Notes under the pieces: model-generated
Seen by the model: only the letters and a program-made list of their open reading frames with translations
Databases searched by the model: none
What the model was told of the DNA's origin: nothing
Position numbers and translations under genes: made by a program
From: Deltaproteobacteria bacterium
GTDB taxonomy: Bacteria; Myxococcota_A; UBA9160; UBA6930
Assembly: GCA_029261795.1 (NCBI GenBank)
Contig: JAJDAP010000064.1
Coordinates: 3,420-67,419 of the forward strand
Length of the DNA: 64,000 nt
Direction: 5' to 3'
Shown: positions 10,279 to 19,772 of the stretch, one piece after another
Layout of the letters: every line of letters starts with the position of its first letter
Position numbering within the stretch: the first letter of the stretch is position 1

Positions 10279-10625
10279 TTGGGCCGCCGGACACCAACCC
10301 TCGTCGCGGCTCGAAGCAGCATCTGGAGCTTCCGGTCGAGCTCCTCTGATCGCGGCCGGCGCTGGAGCACGCGATACATGTACATGAGACGGTCCATGAG
10401 ATCACGCTCTTGCCTTGAGTAGAACTCCGGGAATAGGTCGCGCCCTTGGACGCCAAACATCATCTCGGTCGTTGCCACGAGCCTCAGATTGGGAGGTCGG
10501 CGATTGCGTTCGACACGAGAAATCTCGGACGGGTCGATGGGCCCAAGGAGGAAGCCGAGTTCGTCTTGCGTTAGGCCAGCGCGTCGCCGGTGCGCTCGCA
10601 AGTACGTTGGTAGTGGAGTGTGCAT
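10275..10625 (-). CDS. XRE-family HTH regulator
   Basis: LRAHRRRAGLTQDELGFLLG..ISRVERNRRPP. Confidence 0.85.
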   Translation of the reverse strand: MHTPLPTYLRAHRRRAGLTQDELGFLLGPIDPSEISRVERNRRPPNLRLVATTEMMFGVQGRDLFPEFYSRQERDLMDRLMYMYRVLQRRPRSEELDRKLQMLLRAATRVGVRRPK

Positions 10626-10936
10626 CAGATTCGAGATTGGAACTGATAATGGCCTCTTCCTTATCGACCACCATCGGAGAAGCTGATCTCAAGCCTATCA
10701 AAGTCGTCTGCAGTCGAAGAGGTGTCCGCGCGTGCCAGGTTCCCAAGTTCGAGTCTGGGGACGTGGGGGATGTTGGGGACGTGGGGTTGCAGCCCAGGGT
10801 TCTACTTGAAGTGACGAATGCGTCGCATATCAATGACGCGACAGGGAGGTCTTCGAGCAGGTCTCCCCTTGAAAACCGATCTAGGCAACACGGAAGCTAG
10901 GCCGTCAACTTCCGTAGTTCTTCATTTGCTGGCAGA

Positions 10937-11344
10937 ATGGACTCAATGAACAACGAGCCGCCATTAATCTCCCTCGAGGACCAACGACGAGACGTGTTCG
11001 CTTTTCTGATGAGAAGCCAAGGTGCTCGTCTGGGGCTCTCTGAATACTCGCGCGAGTGGCTGCTGCCTCGCTTGCGAAAGCTTGGGTTCGAAGCAGACCC
11101 GGAAGATGGGCCGACGCTCCGAGTACGAAATCCGCTCAACCAAGAATCAACGCGCATTCGTGGTGAAACCAAAGCGAGACGGGCCTACTTCTCCGCGACT
11201 TCGTTGGCCGAGCCTCTCTACCGACTCTGCTTTGGAAGGAGCCTTTGCATAAGCAATGACTTTGAACGACACGGCCGTGAGCGGTTTACTGAACTCGCAC
11301 TTCAGGCCTTCTCCTATGCCCTGGAAGCTGCCGAGGTCATCTGA
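10937..11344 (+). CDS. Hypothetical protein
   Basis: 135-aa ORF with globular composition. Confidence 0.45.
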   Translation: MDSMNNEPPLISLEDQRRDVFAFLMRSQGARLGLSEYSREWLLPRLRKLGFEADPEDGPTLRVRNPLNQESTRIRGETKARRAYFSATSLAEPLYRLCFGRSLCISNDFERHGRERFTELALQAFSYALEAAEVI

Positions 11345-11713
11345 ACGCGTTCACTCCTTCCGGCCTGTCTTCCTCGGCATCTCCCAGAGACCGAAGGCTG
11401 ACAATGCGTTGACTTCTTCAAGCGCTGGAAGAATCGCCTAAACTAAGTCGGCCCGATGGTCACTCCGGTTGCGGCCCCACCCCAGATTGAGTCGACTCAA
11501 ACAGATCGGCTTCCGCATCAGTCTCAAGGGACCTAGGCTCCTGGCATTGGAGCCCGTCCAGACCCAAGTGAGATTGGGCCCGATGTGCAGCTAGCGAAGC
11601 GGCGACGATGGCCACAGGACGACTAATGGACGCCGCAAAGGCGTTTCAGCAGAGAGGGATTCCGCGGTGGGGGCGGTGGCATGAACAACTCTTGAAGACC
11701 GGAAGGGGTTTAG

Positions 11714-13423
11714 ATGTGGCTACGAGAACTGCAGATAAGCAACTTCCGAAAGATCGACGAGCTCAATGTTACTTTTCCTCGTGGGCTCACTGTGCTGGTC
11801 GGAGAGAACAACTCGGGCAAGACAGCGATCGTCGATGCGCTGCGTCTCCTGTTGTACTCGAGTCGCGATTTCGATTCTCTTCGGCTGACGGAAGGTGATT
11901 TCCGCGCCGGCACGGACTACGCACCGATCGAGATCTCCTGCCGGTTCACCGGTCTCACAGACATCGACGAGGTTTACTTTCAGGAGTGTCTCGTTGACGT
12001 TGGGGATGGCAGGTTTGAGATACAGGTAAATGCCCGCGTCGAGTTCAACAAGACCACGAACCGCTGCAACGTGAAGCTGTGGGGCGGCGAGACAGAGGGT
12101 GCCGCGCTCCCGGTGAATCACTACGACCGCCTTGCGACAGTATATCTGCAACCACTCCGTGATCCCGAACGCGGACTGCGGCCCGGTCAGTACTCTCAGG
12201 TTTCCCGCCTTGTTGCCTGCCTCACTTCGGACGATCAGCATGCTGACTTCGAGGCGATCGCTACCGAAGCCAATACGAAGCTTCGTGACCTGCCGCCCGT
12301 CAAACGTGCCCGAGGTGACATCAACGCACAGATGGCGGCTATCGCAGGCGATGAGCTCACCCAAAGCACAGAGCTGATATTCGCTGACCCGTCGTTTCGG
12401 CGAATCGTCGCAGGGCTGCAGCCCGAGATCGATGGGCTCCCATTCGCCCTCAATGGACTGGGCTACAACAACCTGATCTTTACTTCCGCGACATTGGGGA
12501 CGCTCCGACGGAGCGCCCAATTTTCGTTTCGCTCAATCCTCGTCGAGGAGCCCGAAGCCCATCTCCATCCACAACTACAAGTGCTCCTACTCAAGCACTT
12601 CGCAAACGTGGCTGTAGATCAAGAGGGCCACGAGGTTCAAGTCATCGCCAGTAGCCACTCACCCATCCTGGCAAGTCAGGCCCCGATTGATTCGGTCGTG
12701 TCCGTGCACGAGGTTGAGGGCAAGGTCAGCGCCGTGTCGGTCTGCACAATCGAGATTGAGGACAAGATCAAGAAGAAGCTCCAGCGTTTTCTCGACGCCA
12801 CTCGTGGCGAGCTGTTCTTCGCTCGGCGCATCCTCATGGTAGAGGGAATCGCGGAGGCACTTCTGCTGCCCGTGCTTGCGAGGATTGCAGGCGGTAGCTT
12901 GAAGGACTCGGCGGTCACCGTGCTCAATGCGGATGGAATCAACTTCAACGCATTCCTACCGCTCTTCGGATTGAATCGGATTGGCGTGCCTGTAGTCATC
13001 CTCACGGATGGTGACGCGCATGAGCCTGGCGGGGAGAGGTCCGCAACTGCCGCGGGTTTGAAGGCGAAGGAAGCCGAACTATCCAACCTGCGCATCGAAA
13101 TGTCCGAACTCACGTTCGAACACGAGCTGAGCCGATCTGATGCGATCCTTCCTTACATGATATCTGCCTTCAAGGAGATCCATCCCATAAAGGGGGCCAC
13201 CCTCGAAGCCGACCTCGCAGCTCTTGGCTCCGCAGAAGAGAAGGCCCAGGAGTTCCTGGGAGTGTTTCTTGATATGCGGGTTTCGAAGGGTCGATTCGCT
13301 CAAGAACTTGCGGGCATCCTGGAAGAGCAGAAGCTATCGGGTGAAGCAGTGCCGATGTACATCCGCAATGCCCTTGCATACTTGGGTGTCATCTCCCAGG
13401 AGGCGGATGGTGGGCACAATTGA
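11714..13423 (+). CDS. gajA: OLD-family ATPase/TOPRIM nuclease (GajA-like)
   Basis: GENNSGKT, GLGYNN, VEEPEAHLHP, SHSP, VEGIAE, TDGD, SKGRFAQ. Confidence 0.85.
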   Translation: MWLRELQISNFRKIDELNVTFPRGLTVLVGENNSGKTAIVDALRLLLYSSRDFDSLRLTEGDFRAGTDYAPIEISCRFTGLTDIDEVYFQECLVDVGDGRFEIQVNARVEFNKTTNRCNVKLWGGETEGAALPVNHYDRLATVYLQPLRDPERGLRPGQYSQVSRLVACLTSDDQHADFEAIATEANTKLRDLPPVKRARGDINAQMAAIAGDELTQSTELIFADPSFRRIVAGLQPEIDGLPFALNGLGYNNLIFTSATLGTLRRSAQFSFRSILVEEPEAHLHPQLQVLLLKHFANVAVDQEGHEVQVIASSHSPILASQAPIDSVVSVHEVEGKVSAVSVCTIEIEDKIKKKLQRFLDATRGELFFARRILMVEGIAEALLLPVLARIAGGSLKDSAVTVLNADGINFNAFLPLFGLNRIGVPVVILTDGDAHEPGGERSATAAGLKAKEAELSNLRIEMSELTFEHELSRSDAILPYMISAFKEIHPIKGATLEADLAALGSAEEKAQEFLGVFLDMRVSKGRFAQELAGILEEQKLSGEAVPMYIRNALAYLGVISQEADGGHN

Positions 13424-15155
13424 ACAACTTCGAGAGGCGATTCTCTCCGAGAACCCAACAGACCAACAGCGGGCGGCGATCTTTTCCGAGGAACTAGAGT
13501 TTCTTCTGCGAGCGGCGCCTGGAAGCGGGAAGACGTGGACATCGTGCCGGCGATTCATATGGAGGGGAGCGAACTGGCCTCATCTAGTCGGCGGACTCGC
13601 CCTTCTGTCGTTCACGAATGTCGCAATCCGCGAATTTGGCATGGCCACGATCAAGGTGGGACGGCGCGATCTCTTGTTCGATCCCAACTACGTCGGCACG
13701 TTCGACTCTTTCGTTGAGCGCTACATCCTCGGCCCTTTCGGTCATCTGATAAACGGCCTAGAGAAGCGACCGAGGCTCTTCCCGGGGCCTCGGCCCAGCG
13801 ATTGGCACGACAAGAAGCTCACAACTTGGAGAGATGGCACGAGCAAGAAGAGGATTCCGGTGCGCGCATGGGAAGTCATTCCCTACCCAGATGGCACCAG
13901 GGTCCGATTCAAGACGCAAGGCGGCAATGAGGTTTCCGGCGGACCCGCCGTCGAAGCGCTCCTGCGGCGCGGGTTCTACACCCATGCCCAGCGCGTGTAC
14001 TGGGCATGCAAGCTCTTAGTCGATAGGCCTCACATTGCGAGGGTACTCGCAAGGCGGTTTCCCGAGATAATCGTCGATGAGGCGCAAGACACTAATGCGT
14101 GGCTTCTGATCCTCTTGAACATGTTGAGAGACAAGGGAACGAAGATCACACTCGTCGGCGACCCGGACCAGTGTATCTACGAGTTCAGCATGGCAGATGC
14201 CGCTTCTCTATCGAATCTCAGAGAGAGGTGGTCCATCGAGGAGAGGCACCTAGACGAGTCGTTTCGTTGCAACAATCAAATCGCCAGCGCTGTCCGAAGC
14301 CTCGGCGGCAATCCTGGATTCACTGGATGTGGCGACGCCATGAATGAACGGCATGGTGCATTCGTTGTAAGGGATGTCTCCAAGACATTTGCAGATGGGG
14401 TAGCCACTCTTCAAACGCTCGCTAGGCAGGCAAGCTTGAACCCGGCATCGGCCGCGATCGTGTGCAGAGGCCGCGGACAGCTCGATTCGATTCGAGGCAA
14501 GGTGAACTACGACAAACTTCAGGGCAAAACTAAGGAGCTGGCGATCGCTGCATTCCAGCGAGATACGCGTCACGACTATAGGGGAGCCTTCAAGGTGGTT
14601 TCGAGAGTTGTCCGCGATCTCACGGGTGACGATCCATTGTGGGAGCGAAGCGACGAGGCACCGCACACACCCGAAGCTATGGCAGTGGCGCTGTCGATCT
14701 GGCAATTCACGAAGGATCCGGATCGGCTCCCTCCCGTGTCCCAGATTGGCAAGGAGTGGATCGCTTCTGTGCGCGAGCACCTGGCGACGCTGATCAATGA
14801 AATCGGGCTGAAGTGCGACGCAAAGCTTGGGCACCACATCAGGAAGACGGGACTCGCGGATGATCAGATGGCGCTTCCACTCTTCGATGCGCACAACGCA
14901 TTTCCAGCGGCGCGTCAGGACACAATTCATCAAGTGAAAGGTGAGAGCATCGACGCCGTGCTCGTGATCGGAAGCTCGCAATTCTGGAACTCCGTGGTCA
15001 AGGCGGTGGGGGACGGAAACAGCTCGGAAGATAGACGTCTCGCATATGTAGCAATGACTCGAGCTCGCCATCTACTCCTAGTCGCGCTGCCGCACGGACA
15101 CTTCGACAAACATTCCGACACGTGGGTGGAGTGGGGTTTCCGGGTGGCCTCATAG
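13407..15155 (+). CDS. gajB: UvrD-like helicase (GajB-like)
   Basis: AAPGSGKT, DEAQD, GDPDQCIY, TIHQVKG, YVAMTRAR; ATG 13407 with GGAGG overlapping the upstream stop. Confidence 0.85.
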   Translation: MVGTIEQLREAILSENPTDQQRAAIFSEELEFLLRAAPGSGKTWTSCRRFIWRGANWPHLVGGLALLSFTNVAIREFGMATIKVGRRDLLFDPNYVGTFDSFVERYILGPFGHLINGLEKRPRLFPGPRPSDWHDKKLTTWRDGTSKKRIPVRAWEVIPYPDGTRVRFKTQGGNEVSGGPAVEALLRRGFYTHAQRVYWACKLLVDRPHIARVLARRFPEIIVDEAQDTNAWLLILLNMLRDKGTKITLVGDPDQCIYEFSMADAASLSNLRERWSIEERHLDESFRCNNQIASAVRSLGGNPGFTGCGDAMNERHGAFVVRDVSKTFADGVATLQTLARQASLNPASAAIVCRGRGQLDSIRGKVNYDKLQGKTKELAIAAFQRDTRHDYRGAFKVVSRVVRDLTGDDPLWERSDEAPHTPEAMAVALSIWQFTKDPDRLPPVSQIGKEWIASVREHLATLINEIGLKCDAKLGHHIRKTGLADDQMALPLFDAHNAFPAARQDTIHQVKGESIDAVLVIGSSQFWNSVVKAVGDGNSSEDRRLAYVAMTRARHLLLVALPHGHFDKHSDTWVEWGFRVAS

Positions 15156-15368
15156 CGCATGCATACGGTTGGTGTGCCGCGATCCGAGTGTGGTGCCGAG
15201 ACGTTCTTCCGGTGTCCGCATTGCGTGGGGCTTCTGCCCGTCTTCAATCAGGTGCCGAGATTCTGCGTGCGGGAAGGCGTCCCCTGGAATCGGGAGCCTC
15301 ACTCGTCGAGCGAGCTGTCCTCGGTGCCTACCTCGGCACCCTCCGTTCCGACTGGCGCAGTGCGTACC

Positions 15369-15549
15369 TGAGCTGACACCCAACTTAGGTCCGTTGGGAG
15401 TGAGAGATTCTCCGGTTAAGCGGCTTGCTGTGCGTACTCCTCGGGGGTGAGATTGCCGAGTGAGCTGTGCGGACTGACCTGGTTGTAGTCGATCCGCCAG
15501 GCGCCGAGCGCCCGGCAGGCATCGGCCACACGACGACCCGCCTCGGCCT
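15369..15549 (-). pseudogene. IS3-family remnant (transposase 3' end and terminal IR)
   Basis: WRIDYNQVSPHSSLGNLTPEEYAQQAA* followed by IR TGAGCTGACACCC. Confidence 0.7.
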
Positions 15550-15585
15550 CCTTGTGCGTAAGCGGTGCGCGAACCGCATCCCCTC

Positions 15586-17175
15586 TCAGCAGGAGCGGAG
15601 GCTCTCGCGATCGAGATTTTGCGGGAGCAGCGCGTCGAGTTGGTCCGCGGATGTGATCGCCGGCAGCACCTCGAACAGATGGGCGAGATAGCGGCCCGGC
15701 TCGATCGCGTTGGCCTTCGCTGTCTCGATCAGTCCGTAGAGGTTTGCGCTGGCCCGCGCCCCGGCCACCGTGTCGGCGAACAACCAGTTCTTGCGCCCGA
15801 CCACAAACGGACGGATCGCGTTCTCCACGAGGTTCGTGTCGAGCAGAATGCGTCCGTCGTCGAGCACGCGCATCAACTTCGGCCACTGGCGGTGCATGTA
15901 GTGCATCGCTTTTCCAGTAAGACTCTGGGGCGGTACCGTGTCGATCGACGCGTCGAGCCAGACGCGAAGTTTTTCCATGAGCGGCTTCGTTCGTTCCTGC
16001 CGAACTCGGAACCGCTCTTCGATCGATGCACCCTGCATCTCGCGCTCGATCTGGTACATCGCCTGGATCTGCGATAGCGCCTGGCGCGCACGGCTTTCTT
16101 TCGCCGTCCGCCTCGACCCCTTCTTCTTGACCTTCCCTTGGCCGCGAAGCGCCTCGTCGAACTTGCGGCGCGTATGCGCCCAACACCCCACGTGCACGAT
16201 CCCGGGCTCCGCGCCCAACGCCGTGTAACCCTCGTAGCCATCCGTTTGCAAGAAACCCTGGAACCCGCGGAGCAGCCGCTTGGGGACCTCCGCACTGCGC
16301 GTCGGGTCGTACGCGTAGTAGAGCAGCGGGTGTTCGCGAACGCCCCCGCGCAGCACCCACAGGTACGACTGGCTTTGTGCCGACTTCCCCGGCTCTTTGA
16401 GCACCTGGAACGGGGTCTCGTCGGCCTGCACGAACGAGCCGCTGCGGATCTCGAAAACGATCCGTTCGACCAGCGGCTCGACGAGTTCTCCCATCTGCAC
16501 CATCCAGCGCGCCAAGGTCCCCCGCCCGAGGTCCACCCCCAGACGCGCGAAGATCTTCTCCTGGCGGTACAGCGGCAGCGCATCGACGTACTTCGAAGTC
16601 GCCACGTGCGCCAACAGCGAAGGCGTCGCGAGGCTCTTGGGGATCGGAAGCTTCGGCATCGGCGCGATCCGGACGCCCTCCTTGCACGTCGGGCACGCGT
16701 ACTTCGGGCGGATGTGGCGGACGATCGCGACGGTCGCGGGGATGAACTTCAGTTGGTCGGAACTCTCACGGCCGATCTCCACGAGCCGGTGCGCGGGATC
16801 GTGGCCACAGACCTTGTCGGCCTCGGGCAGGTCGTGGAGGTGCTCTTCGACGGGCAGGAAGTCGGGCAGCGGGCGTCGCCCTCTCGGGCGGCGCGTGTGG
16901 GCCGGGACTTCGATCTCTGCGGCGTTGGGCTCGCCGTCCTCATCGTGGTCCGCTTCGAGTTCGGCTTCGTTGAACAGGCGGCCCTGCTCGGGCGGAATCT
17001 TCTCGCTTCGTGAACCGAAGCGCTGCGAGGTGATGAGGCGCTTCCACTCTTCGAGCAACGCGATCCGTTCGGCCTGCCGCTCGATCGTGATCTGCTTCGT
17101 ATCGAGCAGTGTCTGTTGTTGGAGAACGAGTTCTTGCAGCGCGTCGATCGAAGCAGGAAGTTCCGTGCGCGCCAT
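15586..17175 (-). CDS. tnpC: IS66 transposase TnpC
   Basis: RFGSRSEK, LPLYRQ, ADETP, TDGY, CWAHTRRKF, ENAIRP. Confidence 0.95.
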   Translation of the reverse strand: MARTELPASIDALQELVLQQQTLLDTKQITIERQAERIALLEEWKRLITSQRFGSRSEKIPPEQGRLFNEAELEADHDEDGEPNAAEIEVPAHTRRPRGRRPLPDFLPVEEHLHDLPEADKVCGHDPAHRLVEIGRESSDQLKFIPATVAIVRHIRPKYACPTCKEGVRIAPMPKLPIPKSLATPSLLAHVATSKYVDALPLYRQEKIFARLGVDLGRGTLARWMVQMGELVEPLVERIVFEIRSGSFVQADETPFQVLKEPGKSAQSQSYLWVLRGGVREHPLLYYAYDPTRSAEVPKRLLRGFQGFLQTDGYEGYTALGAEPGIVHVGCWAHTRRKFDEALRGQGKVKKKGSRRTAKESRARQALSQIQAMYQIEREMQGASIEERFRVRQERTKPLMEKLRVWLDASIDTVPPQSLTGKAMHYMHRQWPKLMRVLDDGRILLDTNLVENAIRPFVVGRKNWLFADTVAGARASANLYGLIETAKANAIEPGRYLAHLFEVLPAITSADQLDALLPQNLDRESLRSC

Positions 17176-17203
17176 GTACTGGAGGTAGCGTATGTTAGGC
17201 GAA

Positions 17204-17557
17204 CTACAAGACCGAATCGTACGAAAGAACTTTGTGCGGCTTCAATCGGAACCAGTCGATGCCGTCGAGCAGCCAGTTGAGCTCGCGACCCGTCACCGTG
17301 AGGGTCGCTTCATCGGGTCCGGGCCACGGAAAGCGCGCCTTCTCCAGACGCTTGAGCCACAGCGCGAACCCGGTGCGGTCCCAGTAAAGAAGCTTCACAC
17401 GGTCTCGCTTGCGGTTGGTGAAGGCAAAGATCCGCGGCGCAAAGGGATCGAGCGCCAGTTCCTGCTCCACGAGAATCGACAGACCGTTGATGGCCTTGCG
17501 GAAGTCGACCGGCTCACGGCACAGCAGAACCTCGACATCGTCGCTCGGGCGCATCAT
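17204..17557 (-). CDS. tnpB: IS66 accessory TnpB
   Basis: PVDFRKAINGL, KLLYWDRTGF, KRLEK. Confidence 0.95.
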   Translation of the reverse strand: MMRPSDDVEVLLCREPVDFRKAINGLSILVEQELALDPFAPRIFAFTNRKRDRVKLLYWDRTGFALWLKRLEKARFPWPGPDEATLTVTGRELNWLLDGIDWFRLKPHKVLSYDSVL

Positions 17558-17916
17558 GAAACGAGACCGATCAGCTCACGCAGCGCGTCGCCCTGCGGCG
17601 CCTCACTCCACTCGAGCAGCGCACCGCTGGCCAGACGAACCCGCAGCGAGATCACCAGCGACGTCTGGAGGGGTTCCACCGCGACCCGCGTGAAACGGGA
17701 CGGCGCGGCCTGGCGATGCGGGGCCGGCGCAATCAGCCCGTAGCCCCGCAGCCGGCGCTTCGCTTCGTACATCGAATGCGCGGACAGCCCCAACCGCTTC
17801 GCGTACGTCTTCAGCGGCTCGCCCTGGTGCTCGGCCGCACGGATGTGCTTCAGCCAGTAACGCTGCCGTTCGCTCAGGTCTTTCTCGGCCTTGGGACTTC
17901 GACTCCGTGCAGCCAT
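17554..17916 (-). CDS. tnpA: IS66 TnpA
   Basis: First ORF inside the IS66 IRs, HTH-like, overlaps tnpB start. Confidence 0.8.
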   Translation of the reverse strand: MAARSRSPKAEKDLSERQRYWLKHIRAAEHQGEPLKTYAKRLGLSAHSMYEAKRRLRGYGLIAPAPHRQAAPSRFTRVAVEPLQTSLVISLRVRLASGALLEWSEAPQGDALRELIGLVS

Positions 17917-18016
17917 CGCGCACCTCCTCGTCTCAATGGAGGTCTCATCCTGCGCGATCGACTGGCCCGGCGAAACATGCGGTTTGTCGACCGCTTACCC
18001 TTGTGCGACCCGCTGC

Positions 18017-19321
18017 TTAGAAGACATCTGCTCCGGACGGCGCGACTCCAAATCGCTCGCAGAGGAGCTCGATCCGTTCAAACTCGGTGAACGGAACCAC
18101 ATAGTTCCCGTGACTCTTGTAGCTCTTGATTCGAAGATTGCGACGAAGGAATCCCCCCACCCAGCGGTTCGAAAGCTTACGGCCTAAATCGCTCGCGAAG
18201 CGCTCCCGCAGCGCCTCCGTAATAACGCCTATCGAGAGGCCAGTACCCGTGGCAGTCGGAACCAGATCGCGAATGACTTCGAGAACCATCGCTTCGGTCT
18301 GAAGTCCGCGCTCAGCCAAGGCATCTGCTTGATATTCGTGGGCAAGCGAGGTGATCTCTTGGCGTGTGTCGTCGTCTTCAACTAGTGAGAGAATAGGTCC
18401 AAGAATCTGCCGCAGGCGGGGTTCTATCTCGACGGGGAGCTCCGGTTCCTTTGGAACAACTTCGTGATAGTTTCGAAAGCGCCACATGAGCAGCTTGCTG
18501 CGGATGACTCTCGCCTGATCCCGGTACGTGTTGTCCAGATTGATCGGTATGTCGGATCGTTTCGATCGTCCCATGTCCTCGGTGATGAAACGAGATTCGA
18601 GCGCTTGGTCATCGTAGAAGCCGCGCGTCGCAACGATCTTTGGCCCAAATACTTGGAAAGCACGGGGCGTGTAGTTGCCATCCTTTGTCACCTCCATTCG
18701 GAGAACGGGGAGCCCTCGGACGTTTCCGTTGTTGAGAATCTTTACGATGTCAGCCTTCTCGTCACTGGCTTTGAAGTCGCCTTCATCCAGGACGAGTGTC
18801 CCACCAAATGCGTTCAGTGAGTGAAAGATCGGAGCCACTGTCGATGCTCCCGACGCGAAGATCGGCCGGTAGCAAAGCGCACCGACAGTAAGGAGAAATC
18901 TCGTCTTCCCGCTGCCGTAGTCGCCACGAAGGCGCAGATATGGAAGCTCGTTGAATCGATCGAAAGCCCAGGTGAGCAGTACGTAGTACGCAGTGATCTG
19001 CTCGAAGCTCGGTGACACATCCACATGGCGGTGGATGTAGTCGCGAATCTCAGCAACGAGTTCTCGAGTTGTTCCGCATTCAACGGGCTCGCCCGGAATG
19101 AGCACAACTCCGTACCGGAGGAGTGCATTCTCTCCAGACCAAGGGATAAGCCGTCTCCCGCCGGCCGTCAGACCTCCCTCGATTGAAACGGCTCCGCGAT
19201 TGGCGATCGCGAACGCAGTCTTTCCATCGGATCTAGAAATCAGCTCAACGATGGATCCATCGGACAGCACGGTGGAAGCGATTCGGGCGGCCGGGATTGG
19301 TGGTTTCTTGTCTTTGTCCAT
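18017..19321 (-). CDS. Putative replication/primase-associated P-loop ATPase
   Basis: GDYGSGKT Walker A, LVLDE Walker B, ALESRFI, winged-helix-like C-terminus; divergent from LSR2. Confidence 0.6.
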   Translation of the reverse strand: MDKDKKPPIPAARIASTVLSDGSIVELISRSDGKTAFAIANRGAVSIEGGLTAGGRRLIPWSGENALLRYGVVLIPGEPVECGTTRELVAEIRDYIHRHVDVSPSFEQITAYYVLLTWAFDRFNELPYLRLRGDYGSGKTRFLLTVGALCYRPIFASGASTVAPIFHSLNAFGGTLVLDEGDFKASDEKADIVKILNNGNVRGLPVLRMEVTKDGNYTPRAFQVFGPKIVATRGFYDDQALESRFITEDMGRSKRSDIPINLDNTYRDQARVIRSKLLMWRFRNYHEVVPKEPELPVEIEPRLRQILGPILSLVEDDDTRQEITSLAHEYQADALAERGLQTEAMVLEVIRDLVPTATGTGLSIGVITEALRERFASDLGRKLSNRWVGGFLRRNLRIKSYKSHGNYVVPFTEFERIELLCERFGVAPSGADVF

Positions 19322-19426
19322 CCGAAGATTCTCCCATCCTCAACGGCTTGCAACAGTCGCCCCCCGATGCCCGATCGGCACACTGGGCCCACTCGTCGTC
19401 GCGGTGCCCATCCGTAGAATGATCGG

Positions 19427-19600
19427 ATGAACGCACAACCCCAACCTAAGAGCGACTCGCTCTTTGACACCCTGAAGCGTGAGTATCCTCATCGCTCAGA
19501 AGAAGAGCTGCGCGATGCTGAGCGCCGGGTGATCCGATTCGTCGCTTTGGTGTACGGATTCTCCGACTCCGAGTCTCATCGGGAGATGTGGATTGACTAA
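19427..19600 (+). CDS. Small protein (57 aa) upstream of LSR2
   Basis: Read by eye (MNAQPQ..EYPHRSEEELRDAERRV..); below the ORF-track cutoff. Confidence 0.4.
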   Translation: MNAQPQPKSDSLFDTLKREYPHRSEEELRDAERRVIRFVALVYGFSDSESHREMWID

Positions 19601-19772
19601 CATCTCTCGTGGTACAATCCGGGCTCAGGGCAATCGTCCGCCCTGGGGTTCTCCGTTCCCTATCTGGGTAGTCGAAGTGGAAACAAATTCAGGCGATATC
19701 TGGGCTTGAGAAGATTCGCGACGACTCAGAGGATCGCCAGAATGGGGAGCAGAAGACGTAATCAACTAACCT

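Larger units (their letters stand above)
15558..17998 (-). mobile_element. IS66-family insertion sequence, apparently complete
   Basis: IRs GTAAGCGGT......AACCGCAT at both ends; 8-bp target duplication CCTTGTGC at 15550-15557 and 17999-18006. Confidence 0.95.

Noticed and set aside
15416-16696. 426-aa ORF ending in an IS3-like C-terminus
   Set aside because: Alternative frame of IS66 tnpC running across the IR into the IS3 remnant
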